A stretch of DNA of 49,751 bases from a virus (IMGVR_UViG_3300049052_000077:1-49751); one strand, 5' to 3'. Shown: positions 18,796-26,213, counted from the first letter of the stretch. Numbers and translations are program-made. The notes: generated by a model from the sequence alone, not told the origin.

Positions 18796-18965
18796 GTCGA
18801 CGTGAGTACCGGATCCACTACCGCTGCGCGCGCATCGGCTGCGTCGAGGATGCCTGGCTCGTTGCCGGCAACCGCCGCGAAGAGGCCGAGGTCCTCGCCC
18901 ACTACTCGAAGAACCCATGGCGCTGCGCCCACCACGTGCTGCCCGAGAACGGAGAGACCCGATGA
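18792..18965 (+). CDS. small Cys/His protein
   Basis: Coupled ORF bracketed by 18-bp direct repeats. Confidence 0.55.
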   Translation: MSRREYRIHYRCARIGCVEDAWLVAGNRREEAEVLAHYSKNPWRCAHHVLPENGETR

Positions 18966-19534
18966 CCGAACGTGACCTGATCGCAGAGGGGCGCGCGAGA
19001 CTCGCTGCCCTCGAGGAATCTCCGTCGACCGACCGTGCGTTCGATCTCGCTCTGTGGGCCGGGCAGAACCTCGCCGTGCTACTCGCCGAACTGGAGGCGC
19101 AACGCCAGCGCGTCGATGAGCTGGCCGCCCAACGCAACCCGGACGACGAGGTGCTGGTGGAGGGGTCCTGGTTCCATCCGAACGACCTGCCGAAGATCTT
19201 GGGGAACTACATGCGGTCGGCCGATGAGGACGGCCGTCGCTGGAAGGACGCGGTGGTTGAGAACAAAGCGCTGCGGGCACGCGTAGCCGAGTTGGAGGCT
19301 GCGCAGCGTCCCCGCGTCGACGCCCGCCTGATCAACGTTGACGCCCTACCGGTCGGGTCGATGGTGGTGACCGACGCCGGCGTGTCCGCACTCAAGATCA
19401 CCGAGTTCGCGCCCGGCGTCACTGATGACGACGGCTATCGATCCGAGTGGGCAACACCCGCTGGGACCGTCGGCACATACGACCTCGCCCTCCCGGCCAT
19501 CGTCCTGCGTGAGATCCAGGAGGTGCAGCTGTGA
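18962..19534 (+). CDS. hypothetical protein
   Basis: Coupled ORF. Confidence 0.65.
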   Translation: MTERDLIAEGRARLAALEESPSTDRAFDLALWAGQNLAVLLAELEAQRQRVDELAAQRNPDDEVLVEGSWFHPNDLPKILGNYMRSADEDGRRWKDAVVENKALRARVAELEAAQRPRVDARLINVDALPVGSMVVTDAGVSALKITEFAPGVTDDDGYRSEWATPAGTVGTYDLALPAIVLREIQEVQL

Positions 19535-19791
19535 CCGCCGATCAGATCCGTGCGCAAGCAGTAGCTGTGGTGGTCGAACACCTGAAGCCCGTCACCTACC
19601 GGTGCTGCGCCGAGTGCGAGTCGGCGTCGTCTCCGGAGCTGATGGTGGACGGGTATGTCGATCCGGCCGCCCTGGTCGATGCCCTCGCCGCGGCGGGACT
19701 CCTGCCTACGTCCGTTGAGGGCCGGTACATCGGGCGCGGAACGCTGCGGCGTACTCGGCTGGTGACGGACTGGAAGGAGCCGGAGCAGTGA
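19531..19791 (+). CDS. hypothetical protein
   Basis: Coupled ORF. Confidence 0.6.
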   Translation: MTADQIRAQAVAVVVEHLKPVTYRCCAECESASSPELMVDGYVDPAALVDALAAAGLLPTSVEGRYIGRGTLRRTRLVTDWKEPEQ

Positions 19792-20195
19792 CCGCCCGCC
19801 TGTTCGTCCCCGGCACCCCAGCGCCACAAGGCAGCAAGCGCCATGTCGGGCGCGGCATCCTCATCGAGCAATCCAAGGCGGTCGGCCCGTGGCGGGAGCG
19901 TGTAGCCCTGGCGGCCCACCAGCACGGCCTGACGCTGATGGACGGCCCGGTGGCGGTGGACCTGACGTTCGTGCTTCCACGGCCCAAATCGGCCCCGAAA
20001 ACCCGCACCCCCGCAGCGACGAAGCGGCCCGATATCGACAAGCTCATCCGCGCGATACTCGATGCCCTTACGGGCGTGGCGTTCTCCGATGATGCGCAGG
20101 TTGTGGAGCTGACCGCGAACAAGCGCCTGGCTGATCCGGGATGTGGGCCGGGAGTGTGGATCACGGTGGCCGATCTGACGGAGGAGGCGGCGTGA
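19788..20195 (+). CDS. rusA: RusA-family Holliday junction resolvase
   Basis: PGTPAPQGSK; RPDIDKLIRAILDALTG...DDAQVV. Confidence 0.92.
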   Translation: MTARLFVPGTPAPQGSKRHVGRGILIEQSKAVGPWRERVALAAHQHGLTLMDGPVAVDLTFVLPRPKSAPKTRTPAATKRPDIDKLIRAILDALTGVAFSDDAQVVELTANKRLADPGCGPGVWITVADLTEEAA

Positions 20196-20452
20196 CCGTC
20201 TACGACAGAATCCGCACCCGCATCAAAGCCGACGAGGAGATCGACGACCAATGGCCATGTGATGAGACCCTGGAGGGCGCTCGAGCGGAGATCGTGGGAG
20301 AGATCCTGAAGATCGCCGAGCACTGGGCGGACAAGGCCGAGAGCTGGGGACCGGAGGAGTCGTTCACGGCGTTGCGGGACATCGTGTGCCAGCAGATCCT
20401 GGACGTGCTCAACACCGAGCTGTGGGACGACGAGGAGGGGGCGCGCGGTTAA
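20192..20452 (+). CDS. hypothetical protein
   Basis: Coupled ORF. Confidence 0.6.
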   Translation: MTVYDRIRTRIKADEEIDDQWPCDETLEGARAEIVGEILKIAEHWADKAESWGPEESFTALRDIVCQQILDVLNTELWDDEEGARG

Positions 20453-20597
20453 TCGCCAGTCCCGCGCGGCCCCTCCTCGGTGTGGGCCTTGGCGCGGGGA
20501 GCGCCGTTGCTCCCCACTTGCACACGTCGCTGTGGCTGGCCCGGAATCAGGTCTAGTGGTCAACACCGCGCCCACAGCGTGGGCGCGACGCAAACGA

Positions 20598-20864
20598 CTA
20601 GGCGGGCAGCTGACGGGCAGCGCGGACTACGACGTCGATCGCGTCCTCTTCGCTGTCGAGGCCGTCGATCCAGGCGTTGTACGCGGCGGCAATCTCCGGG
20701 TCGCGGTCGTACAGGGTTTCGATGATGACGTTGCGGACGAGTTTCTCGGCCTTGTCGAGCGGTCGGAGCGCTGCGGTGATGGCGAGGATGTCGAGGTCGC
20801 TGATGAGCAGGGCGGCGGGGCGGGTGGCGATGAGGGCCGTGAGGTCTTCGCGGGTAGCGGTCAT
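20598..20864 (-). CDS. hypothetical protein
   Basis: AAGGAG RBS; divergent from 20990. Confidence 0.65.
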   Translation of the reverse strand: MTATREDLTALIATRPAALLISDLDILAITAALRPLDKAEKLVRNVIIETLYDRDPEIAAAYNAWIDGLDSEEDAIDVVVRAARQLPA

Positions 20865-20903
20865 CTGTATCTCCTTGACTGTCCTGCGGTGTACCTCAAG
20901 CAT

Positions 20904-20982
20904 GACACCCGGGGGAGTCAATTGCAACCCTTGGGAGTCATAAAGTAACCTAAAGGAGGCAATGTAACCCGGGGGCTACGAT
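20904..20982. promoter_or_regulatory. tandem ~20-bp operator-like repeats and -10 TACGAT
   Basis: Four related units (ACC-N4-GGAG(T/G)CA core, fourth degenerate) at 20904, 20924, 20945 and 20964. Confidence 0.55.
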
Positions 20983-20989
20983 CGCCCCC

Positions 20990-21208
20990 ATGGATGACCT
21001 GGAGGAGGCCATGGCAAAGCTCGACAAGCTACGGGAGAACGCCGCCCGAGCCGAAGAGGCATGGAAAGAGGCCCTGCGCGAAGAGCATGACTGGATCCGC
21101 AAGATCCTCAAGAACGGCCCGCGCGGTACCCAGAAGATGCTCGTCGAACGCGGCATGTACTCCCGGCAGCATCTCGACCGGATCCGGAGGGGTAAGACCA
21201 GCGGCTGA
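20990..21208 (+). CDS. small coiled-coil/HTH regulator, probably leaderless
   Basis: TQKMLVERGMYSRQHLDRIRRG; -10 lies 7 nt before the ATG. Confidence 0.65.
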   Translation: MDDLEEAMAKLDKLRENAARAEEAWKEALREEHDWIRKILKNGPRGTQKMLVERGMYSRQHLDRIRRGKTSG

Positions 21209-21313
21209 GTCCCGTGAAATGCCTTGTGAGCTGGTAAAATTGAGCGTGGCCGGGGGCTCTGACACACCCCGGCCACAGACCGAATCTGCACGACGAGAAG
21301 AGGGATTCAGCCA

Positions 21314-21628
21314 ATGACCAATGCTACCGAGCCGCCCATCCTCGAGGAATTCATCGAGGCGAGACTGACCGAGCGCGCCGCCGACCTCGAGACCATCAGG
21401 CGAGCCCTGTTCAATGCCGAGATGGATCGGCGCGGCACCGGGCCCGGCTCCGCCAGCTTCGGCAGCGTCATGTCCCGCTCGGAGGAGACAGCAACCAAGC
21501 TGCTTGCGGTCCCGCGCCGCGTGTATGACCTTTGGGACCGGGATCAGGTGGCACTCGCAGCGATCTGGTCCGACCACCCGGATTACCGCCCCGAGTGGGC
21601 GCGCGCCGGGGAAGGATCGCAGGCATGA
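21314..21628 (+). CDS. DUF6221-like protein
   Basis: FIEARLTE...LAAIWSDHPDYRPEW. Confidence 0.65.
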   Translation: MTNATEPPILEEFIEARLTERAADLETIRRALFNAEMDRRGTGPGSASFGSVMSRSEETATKLLAVPRRVYDLWDRDQVALAAIWSDHPDYRPEWARAGEGSQA

Positions 21629-21846
21629 GCGACAAACCGAGCGACCTCGAACAGATCGCGCCCGCCCTCGCCATCCTGGAGGATCTGCACACCGCGACGG
21701 CAGACGACTCGTTCGAACTGCTGGTGCCTGAGGGCGTGCTGGCCGGTGTCACCAAGGCGTACGGGGTGGTGGTGCGGCACATCCCCGGCATCGACTGCGT
21801 GTACGTGGCGAAGCGGGCGGAGGTTGGCCGTGTCCGGCTCCTCTGA
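21625..21846 (+). CDS. hypothetical protein
   Basis: Coupled ORF. Confidence 0.55.
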   Translation: MSDKPSDLEQIAPALAILEDLHTATADDSFELLVPEGVLAGVTKAYGVVVRHIPGIDCVYVAKRAEVGRVRLL

Positions 21847-22216
21847 TGCCCCGTTGTCCCGCCTGCGTGCCGGGCTCGACCGAGACGAACAACTCGCACG
21901 GGCAGCGGCCGACTTCCCGTACGACGACCCATCGGACGCGCCGTGGATCTGGATGCGGGCCAAAGTGGCTCAAGGTGTCGCTATGACGTCGGATGCTCAT
22001 TTCGCCCGCCAGGACCCGCAGTCGACATTGAGGCGCGTGGAGGCGATACGGAAGGTGATCGCCGATATCCGCGACCCGAAGACATTCGAGGATCACTACT
22101 CGGGTGCCATCGATTACGACAGCTTTCGGTGTGGCGTGGATGCGGCTGCGGAGTTCTTCACCGAAGCCCTGGCCTCCATCTACCCCGAGCCCACCGACGA
22201 GACGGAGAAGCCGTGA
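21830..22216 (+). CDS. DUF6221-like protein
   Basis: RLRAGLDRDEQLARAA...HFARQDPQSTLRRVEAIRKV. Confidence 0.65.
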   Translation: MSGSSDAPLSRLRAGLDRDEQLARAAADFPYDDPSDAPWIWMRAKVAQGVAMTSDAHFARQDPQSTLRRVEAIRKVIADIRDPKTFEDHYSGAIDYDSFRCGVDAAAEFFTEALASIYPEPTDETEKP

Positions 22217-22425
22217 GCGCACAGACGCGGCTGTCGCACCTTATCGAGGCGTTGCAGAAGCTCCAGTCGATTCACGGGGATGTGTTGGTGACGGTCACAG
22301 ACCCGTACGACGGGAAACGATACCCAGCGGCATTGGAGGTGGAGGTCGACGAGTTCGACCGTTTCGAGTCCATCCATGTGCGCCCTGGAGTCTGGCCGGG
22401 CAGTGACTCGAGTTCGTCGGACTGA
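22213..22425 (+). CDS. hypothetical protein
   Basis: Coupled ORF. Confidence 0.6.
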   Translation: MSAQTRLSHLIEALQKLQSIHGDVLVTVTDPYDGKRYPAALEVEVDEFDRFESIHVRPGVWPGSDSSSSD

Positions 22426-22436
22426 TCCGCTACTGT
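22407..22436 (+). promoter_or_regulatory. promoter CTCGAG-N18-TACTGT
   Basis: Conserved motif and spacing. Confidence 0.6.
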
Positions 22437-22483
22437 CTACCCCGACAATGCAATCAGCACCGCGTCCGCTGGTTTGTCTCCCT

Positions 22484-22520
22484 GAGGCCACTCCTTCTAG
22501 CGGAGTGGCCTTGGTGCTTT
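22484..22520 (+). terminator. hairpin terminator
   Basis: GAGGCCACTCC/GGAGTGGCCTT followed by GGTGCTTT. Confidence 0.6.
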
Positions 22521-22527
22521 CCGGGGG

Positions 22528-22557
22528 CTCGAGTTTGTCGGCGGCAACAGCTATCGT
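22528..22557 (+). promoter_or_regulatory. promoter CTCGAG-N18-TATCGT containing TGTCGG-N10-TANNNT
   Basis: Conserved motif; also matches the PafBC/RecA-NDp consensus. Confidence 0.6.
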
Positions 22558-22609
22558 GGACCCCGCACCCTGGTACGTGCCATCGCGACGGCGGCAACCG
22601 GCGCACCCC

Positions 22610-22646
22610 CTAAGCCCACCTTTCCCGAGGTGGGCTTAGTTGCGTT
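22610..22646 (+). terminator. hairpin terminator
   Basis: 12-bp stem CTAAGCCCACCT/AGGTGGGCTTAG followed by TTGCGTT. Confidence 0.65.
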
Positions 22647-22674
22647 CTGGGGGCTTGACCTGCTTGCGCGTCGA

Positions 22675-22704
22675 CTCGAGATCGGCGCCGCGATCCGCTA
22701 CAGT
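22675..22704 (+). promoter_or_regulatory. promoter CTCGAG-N18-TACAGT for the Y RNA/Ro60 operon
   Basis: Predicted TSS ~22711-22712 coincides with the start of Y RNA unit 1. Confidence 0.65.
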
Positions 22705-22712
22705 GAGACCTA

Positions 22713-22786
22713 CTTCCGGTGCGGAAGTCTGGGGTTACTTCACATTTGGGATGAGATCCGTACCCCGGACGCTAATTTCTCGGAAG
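22713..22786 (+). ncRNA. Y-RNA-like unit 1 (short, no T or D arm)
   Basis: CTTCCG/CGGAAG terminal stem, GTCTGGGGT/ACCCCGGAC inner stem; shared GGTGCG, GGGTTACTTC and TTTCTC motifs. Confidence 0.7.
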
Positions 22787-22801
22787 CACAAACTTCAGAG
22801 T

Positions 22802-22948
22802 GTGTGCATCGCCCGGTGCGTTGGACTGGGGTTACTTCTTGCAAAGAAACGCGGGTTCGAATCCCGCCGGGGACAGCTTCGGCTGTCCTTCGTGGCTGAG
22901 TGGCCTAAGGCACTTCTCCGGACCGTATTTTCTCGGGCGATACAGCAC
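22802..22948 (+). ncRNA. YrlA-like Y RNA unit 2 (permuted tRNA-like domain)
   Basis: ATCGCCCG/CGGGCGAT stem; T arm GCGGGTTCGAATCCCGC precedes a UUCG-capped acceptor-like hairpin and D arm GTGGCTGAGTGGCCTAAGGC. Confidence 0.85.
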
Positions 22949-22951
22949 CTC

Positions 22952-23095
22952 GCGTGAGGCCTGGTGCGTAGACGTGGGTTACTTCCTGTTAATCGATGGG
23001 TCGCGGGTTCGAGTCCCGCCAGCAGCTTGCTGCTGTAGCTCAGGCGGTAGAGCAATCGCAATAGTCCCTCGTCGATCTTTTCTCAGGCCTCACGC
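22952..23095 (+). ncRNA. YrlA-like Y RNA unit 3 (permuted tRNA-like domain)
   Basis: 12-bp terminal stem GCGTGAGGCCTG/CAGGCCTCACGC; T arm 23003-23019, CUUG-capped acceptor-like hairpin, D arm TAGCTCAGGCGGTAGAGC. Confidence 0.85.
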
Positions 23096-23140
23096 TCCAC
23101 TCTGACGTGGTGCTTCCCTTCGATTGAAGGGATTTGCAGC

Positions 23141-24712
23141 ATGGCCAAGTTCAACGTCGCGACGGCCCGGCCGGTAGGCAGGGGACCGATCGCCACCGAG
23201 GCGACAGCGACCAGACGCACCCACGAGGGTGGCGCCGGCTTCGCTCGAGACGCCCGCTCGGAACTCTTCCTTCTCGCCATCACCAACATGGTCGGCGAAG
23301 ACACCTTCTACGAGACCGCAGGACAGCGGGATTCGCGATACTCGACCCTGGTCCGGCAGCTCGCCGTCACCGACTTCGATTGGCTGTCCCGGTTCGCGCG
23401 CTGGCTGCGCACCGAAGCCAACATGCGCAGCGCCTCCCTCGTCCTGGCTGCTGAGGCCGCGAAGGCATGCCTGGAGGCAGGGCAGACAGGTAGCCGCGCC
23501 ATCGTCGCATCGGTCCTTCAGCGTGCCGACGAGCCCGGCGAATTCATCGGATACTGGCACACCCACTACGGCCGCAAGCTCCCCAAGCCCGTCAAGCGGG
23601 GGGTGGCCGACGCTGCTGCGCGCCTGTACAACGAGCGCTCCTACCTGAAGTGGGACAGCGACTCGCGGGGCGTGCGGTTCGCCGACGTGATCCAGCTCGC
23701 GCACGTCGACCCGAAGGCGGAGTGGCAGTCGGCGCTGTTCAAGTACGCCATCGAGGCACGCATCGGCATCGAGGGGTTGGCGATTCCCGAGTCGTTGAAG
23801 GTGCTGTGTGCCAACCATGACCTGCGCACACTGTCGCCGGAGACGATCCACGAGCTGGCGAAGACCGGGGATCTGGCAGAACACCTCGGGAACGCGGGCA
23901 TCACCTGGGAGGCGGTGCCGTCCCTGGTGAACGGGCCGTGGACCAAGGAACTGTGGGAGTCCATCATCCCGTCCATGGGCTACATGGCCTTGCTGCGGAA
24001 CCTCCGCAACTTCGACCAGGCGGCCGTATCCGACAAGGTGGCAATGCAGGTCGCCGCGCGCCTGTCCGATGCCGAGCAAGTGGCGGAGTCCAAGCAACTG
24101 CCGATGCGGTTCCTGTCCGCCTACCGGGCGGCGCCGTCTCTGCGCTGGAGCTACCCGCTCGAGCAGGCTTTGGACGCCGCGGTGAACACCATCCCCGCCC
24201 TGTCTGGCCGGACGCTGATCCTGATCGACACCTCCGGGTCGATGCACTCGGTGTTCAGCAAGGACGGCACCCTGATGCGCTGGGACGCCGCCGTGGTGTT
24301 CGGTCTCGCCCTGGCTCGTCGCTGCGCGCACGCCGATACGATCTCCTACTCCAACTTCGGCAAGCGCTTCGACCTCCAGCCGGGGGAGTCGCTGTTGAAG
24401 GCCATCGACCGGTGGAAGACCGGCGGGTATTTCATCGGTGGCGGCACCGACACCGCAGGCGCTACCCGCGCGACGTTCGACCGCCACGACCGTGTGGTGA
24501 TCCTGACCGACGAGCAGACCAACTCCCGTTGGGGTGGCGACCCGGGCACGGTCCTGCCCGCCTCGGTGCCGCTGTACACCTGGAACCTCGCCGGCTACCA
24601 GCACGGCCACACCGGCGGACCGAACCGGCACACCTTCGGTGGGTTGACCGACAAGGGATTCGACATGATCCCGTTGCTGGAGCGCGGCCGAGACGCCGAC
24701 TGGCCGTTCTGA
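23141..24712 (+). CDS. rsr: Ro60/TROVE-domain RNA-binding protein
   Basis: THEGG.GF, TFYE, RADEPGE, LPKPVKRGVADA, MALLRNLRN; vWA MIDAS DTSGSM and ILTDEQ; adjacent Y RNAs. Confidence 0.95.
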   Translation: MAKFNVATARPVGRGPIATEATATRRTHEGGAGFARDARSELFLLAITNMVGEDTFYETAGQRDSRYSTLVRQLAVTDFDWLSRFARWLRTEANMRSASLVLAAEAAKACLEAGQTGSRAIVASVLQRADEPGEFIGYWHTHYGRKLPKPVKRGVADAAARLYNERSYLKWDSDSRGVRFADVIQLAHVDPKAEWQSALFKYAIEARIGIEGLAIPESLKVLCANHDLRTLSPETIHELAKTGDLAEHLGNAGITWEAVPSLVNGPWTKELWESIIPSMGYMALLRNLRNFDQAAVSDKVAMQVAARLSDAEQVAESKQLPMRFLSAYRAAPSLRWSYPLEQALDAAVNTIPALSGRTLILIDTSGSMHSVFSKDGTLMRWDAAVVFGLALARRCAHADTISYSNFGKRFDLQPGESLLKAIDRWKTGGYFIGGGTDTAGATRATFDRHDRVVILTDEQTNSRWGGDPGTVLPASVPLYTWNLAGYQHGHTGGPNRHTFGGLTDKGFDMIPLLERGRDADWPF

Positions 24713-24720
24713 TCCACGCA

Positions 24721-24753
24721 GCTCAGGCCGTCCTTTCACGGGGCGGCCTGAGC
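24721..24753 (+). terminator. hairpin terminator
   Basis: GCTCAGGCCGTCC/GGGCGGCCTGAGC. Confidence 0.6.
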
Positions 24754-24765
24754 GCTGTGCGGCGA

Positions 24766-24795
24766 CTCGAGTTCGGCGGCGAAGATCGATAGACT
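24766..24795 (+). promoter_or_regulatory. promoter CTCGAG-N18-TAGACT (leaderless transcript)
   Basis: -10 lies 7 nt before ATG 24803. Confidence 0.65.
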
Positions 24796-24802
24796 GCTAT
24801 CC

Positions 24803-25498
24803 ATGGGCAACGTGCGGATGTTGGACAACCCGAATCACATGTTCATCGCTCGACACGACCTCAAAGTGCTCCGCCGCGTCCTTCGTGAGATCCCCGAACT
24901 GGCCACCGAACTCGGCGTTGCGGTCACCAAGCAAGCCCGCCTCGGCGAAGTAGGCCGCTCCCGCAAACCTCGCCGGCCATCCGAGCAACCACTCCCGTAT
25001 CACGTCGGCGCCTCCGAGATCGCCGATCAGTTGCACAACGCTCTCGTCGGCTGGGTGCGGCTGGTCTGCGAGCAGCGAGCAATCGCCTACGACGGCCCCA
25101 CATCAACGCCAGGCGTCGCGCGGTGGCTCGAACGGAACCTGGTGGCCTTGGCCATGACCGAGGGTGCGGAAACGGCCCTGGGGGAGATTCAGGAGGCCGT
25201 GCGCGCCGCTGAGTGGATCGTGTGCCCACCCGCCAAGCCGATCGTGATCGACGAAGCCCAGCACGACCGCGCGCGTGCGCTGCGGCTCAACGCCAACGGG
25301 ATAGCCACCCTGGCGAAGGAACTCGGCGAGGAGTATCGACACCTCACCCGCCGCCGCGTATTCGTCCTGAAGGACGCGGGACTCGTGGAACCGGTACCCG
25401 GACCGTGGCGGGCCGATTGGATGCTGTTCCTCGTTGGCGACGTATTGGACGCCCACCTGCAACTCCCGATTCGGGAACGGCACGCGAAGGCCAGCTAA
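24803..25498 (+). CDS. probable late-gene regulator (C-terminal HTH-like)
   Basis: Position before the late region; LVGWVRLVCE...ARWL motif typical of actinophage proteins at this position. Confidence 0.55.
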   Translation: MGNVRMLDNPNHMFIARHDLKVLRRVLREIPELATELGVAVTKQARLGEVGRSRKPRRPSEQPLPYHVGASEIADQLHNALVGWVRLVCEQRAIAYDGPTSTPGVARWLERNLVALAMTEGAETALGEIQEAVRAAEWIVCPPAKPIVIDEAQHDRARALRLNANGIATLAKELGEEYRHLTRRRVFVLKDAGLVEPVPGPWRADWMLFLVGDVLDAHLQLPIRERHAKAS

Positions 25499-25500
25499 GT

Positions 25501-25527
25501 TGTTACGGACAGTAGCTCTGTTACGCT
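25501..25527 (+). promoter_or_regulatory. extended -10 promoter TGtTACGCT with TGTTACG direct repeat
   Basis: TGTTACG at 25501 and 25519. Confidence 0.55.
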
Positions 25528-25534
25528 ACGCGTA

Positions 25535-25879
25535 GCGGGGGAATTGGGTCGGTTGACCTGCGGGCTGGACAGTAAGACCGGATATTCTTCCGGCGGGGGA
25601 ACAGGCGCGAAGAATTGGGCACGAGCCCCTCGGGGCCGCGAGACGAGTAACGAGCCCGACGGGCGATGCCGATCCCGTCCAGCACGTAGGTGAGCCGATC
25701 GGCTCCATTCCGTCGCAGCGCGTAAGAGGTTCGACGTCCTCGCTGCTCCCTGGTGCACCGCAGCCGCGCCAGGGCCACGCGCTGCGGCCCCTCGTAGCAG
25801 TCTCGGCAAGGTAAGACCGGGTGGTCAAAGGACCTGCCAACACCTTTCGAAGGTCACCGGCGCTGCTGCACCCTTTTTT
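25535..25879 (+). ncRNA. candidate large structured RNA or late leader
   Basis: Nested long-range helices, possible pseudoknot, ends in T6. Confidence 0.55.
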
Positions 25880-25899
25880 CCGGCCGCGAGGAGCCCCTG

Positions 25900-26115
25900 A
25901 TGGACCTGAGCACCGTCGAGCAGCGCGTATCCGACGCGGTCGAGGAGGTCGGCAACTTGATCGGCTGGTCGCTGCTCCGGGATCGGCATTTCGGCGCCGC
26001 GATGGTGCAGCACCTCCAGCCGGTCATCCAGGACGTCGCACTCATGTACGGCGACTGCTTCAACGCTGCCGCTGTGATGGCCGACGGCACCCAACCGCTC
26101 GGAACGGAGCCCTGA
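25900..26115 (+). CDS. hypothetical protein
   Basis: GAGGAG RBS. Confidence 0.6.
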   Translation: MDLSTVEQRVSDAVEEVGNLIGWSLLRDRHFGAAMVQHLQPVIQDVALMYGDCFNAAAVMADGTQPLGTEP

Positions 26116-26213
26116 TGGACCTGTACTCCCTTATCCGTCTCCTGCTCCATCCCGCCCCCCTGCGGACGCTGGAGGCGGTCTATACGGCACCGATCGGCGT
26201 GTGGCAGTGGTGA
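26115..26213 (+). CDS. small hypothetical protein
   Basis: TGATG overlap. Confidence 0.4.
   Translation: MDLYSLIRLLLHPAPLRTLEAVYTAPIGVWQW

Noticed and set aside
22839-23060. Canonical tRNA genes (GGTTCGAATCCC, TAGCTCAG..GGTAGAGC)
   Set aside because: Arm order is permuted (T before D), acceptor stems are closed by tetraloops and there is no CCA end; this fits Y RNA.
22713-23095. CRISPR array
   Set aside because: Shared motifs are only 6-10 nt within folded units, spacing is irregular and no cas genes are present.
22376-23105. ORFs 22376-22639, 22630-22899, 22640-22957, 22800-23105 and 22795-23061
   Set aside because: They cross terminators and structured RNAs, lack RBSs and lack GC3 bias.
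25726-25741. tRNA or tmRNA suggested by GAGGTTCGACGTCCTC
   Set aside because: No acceptor stem, D arm or CCA could be built around it.
25521-25843. Minus-strand ORFs over the structured region
   Set aside because: No RBS or recognisable motifs; opposite to local transcription.
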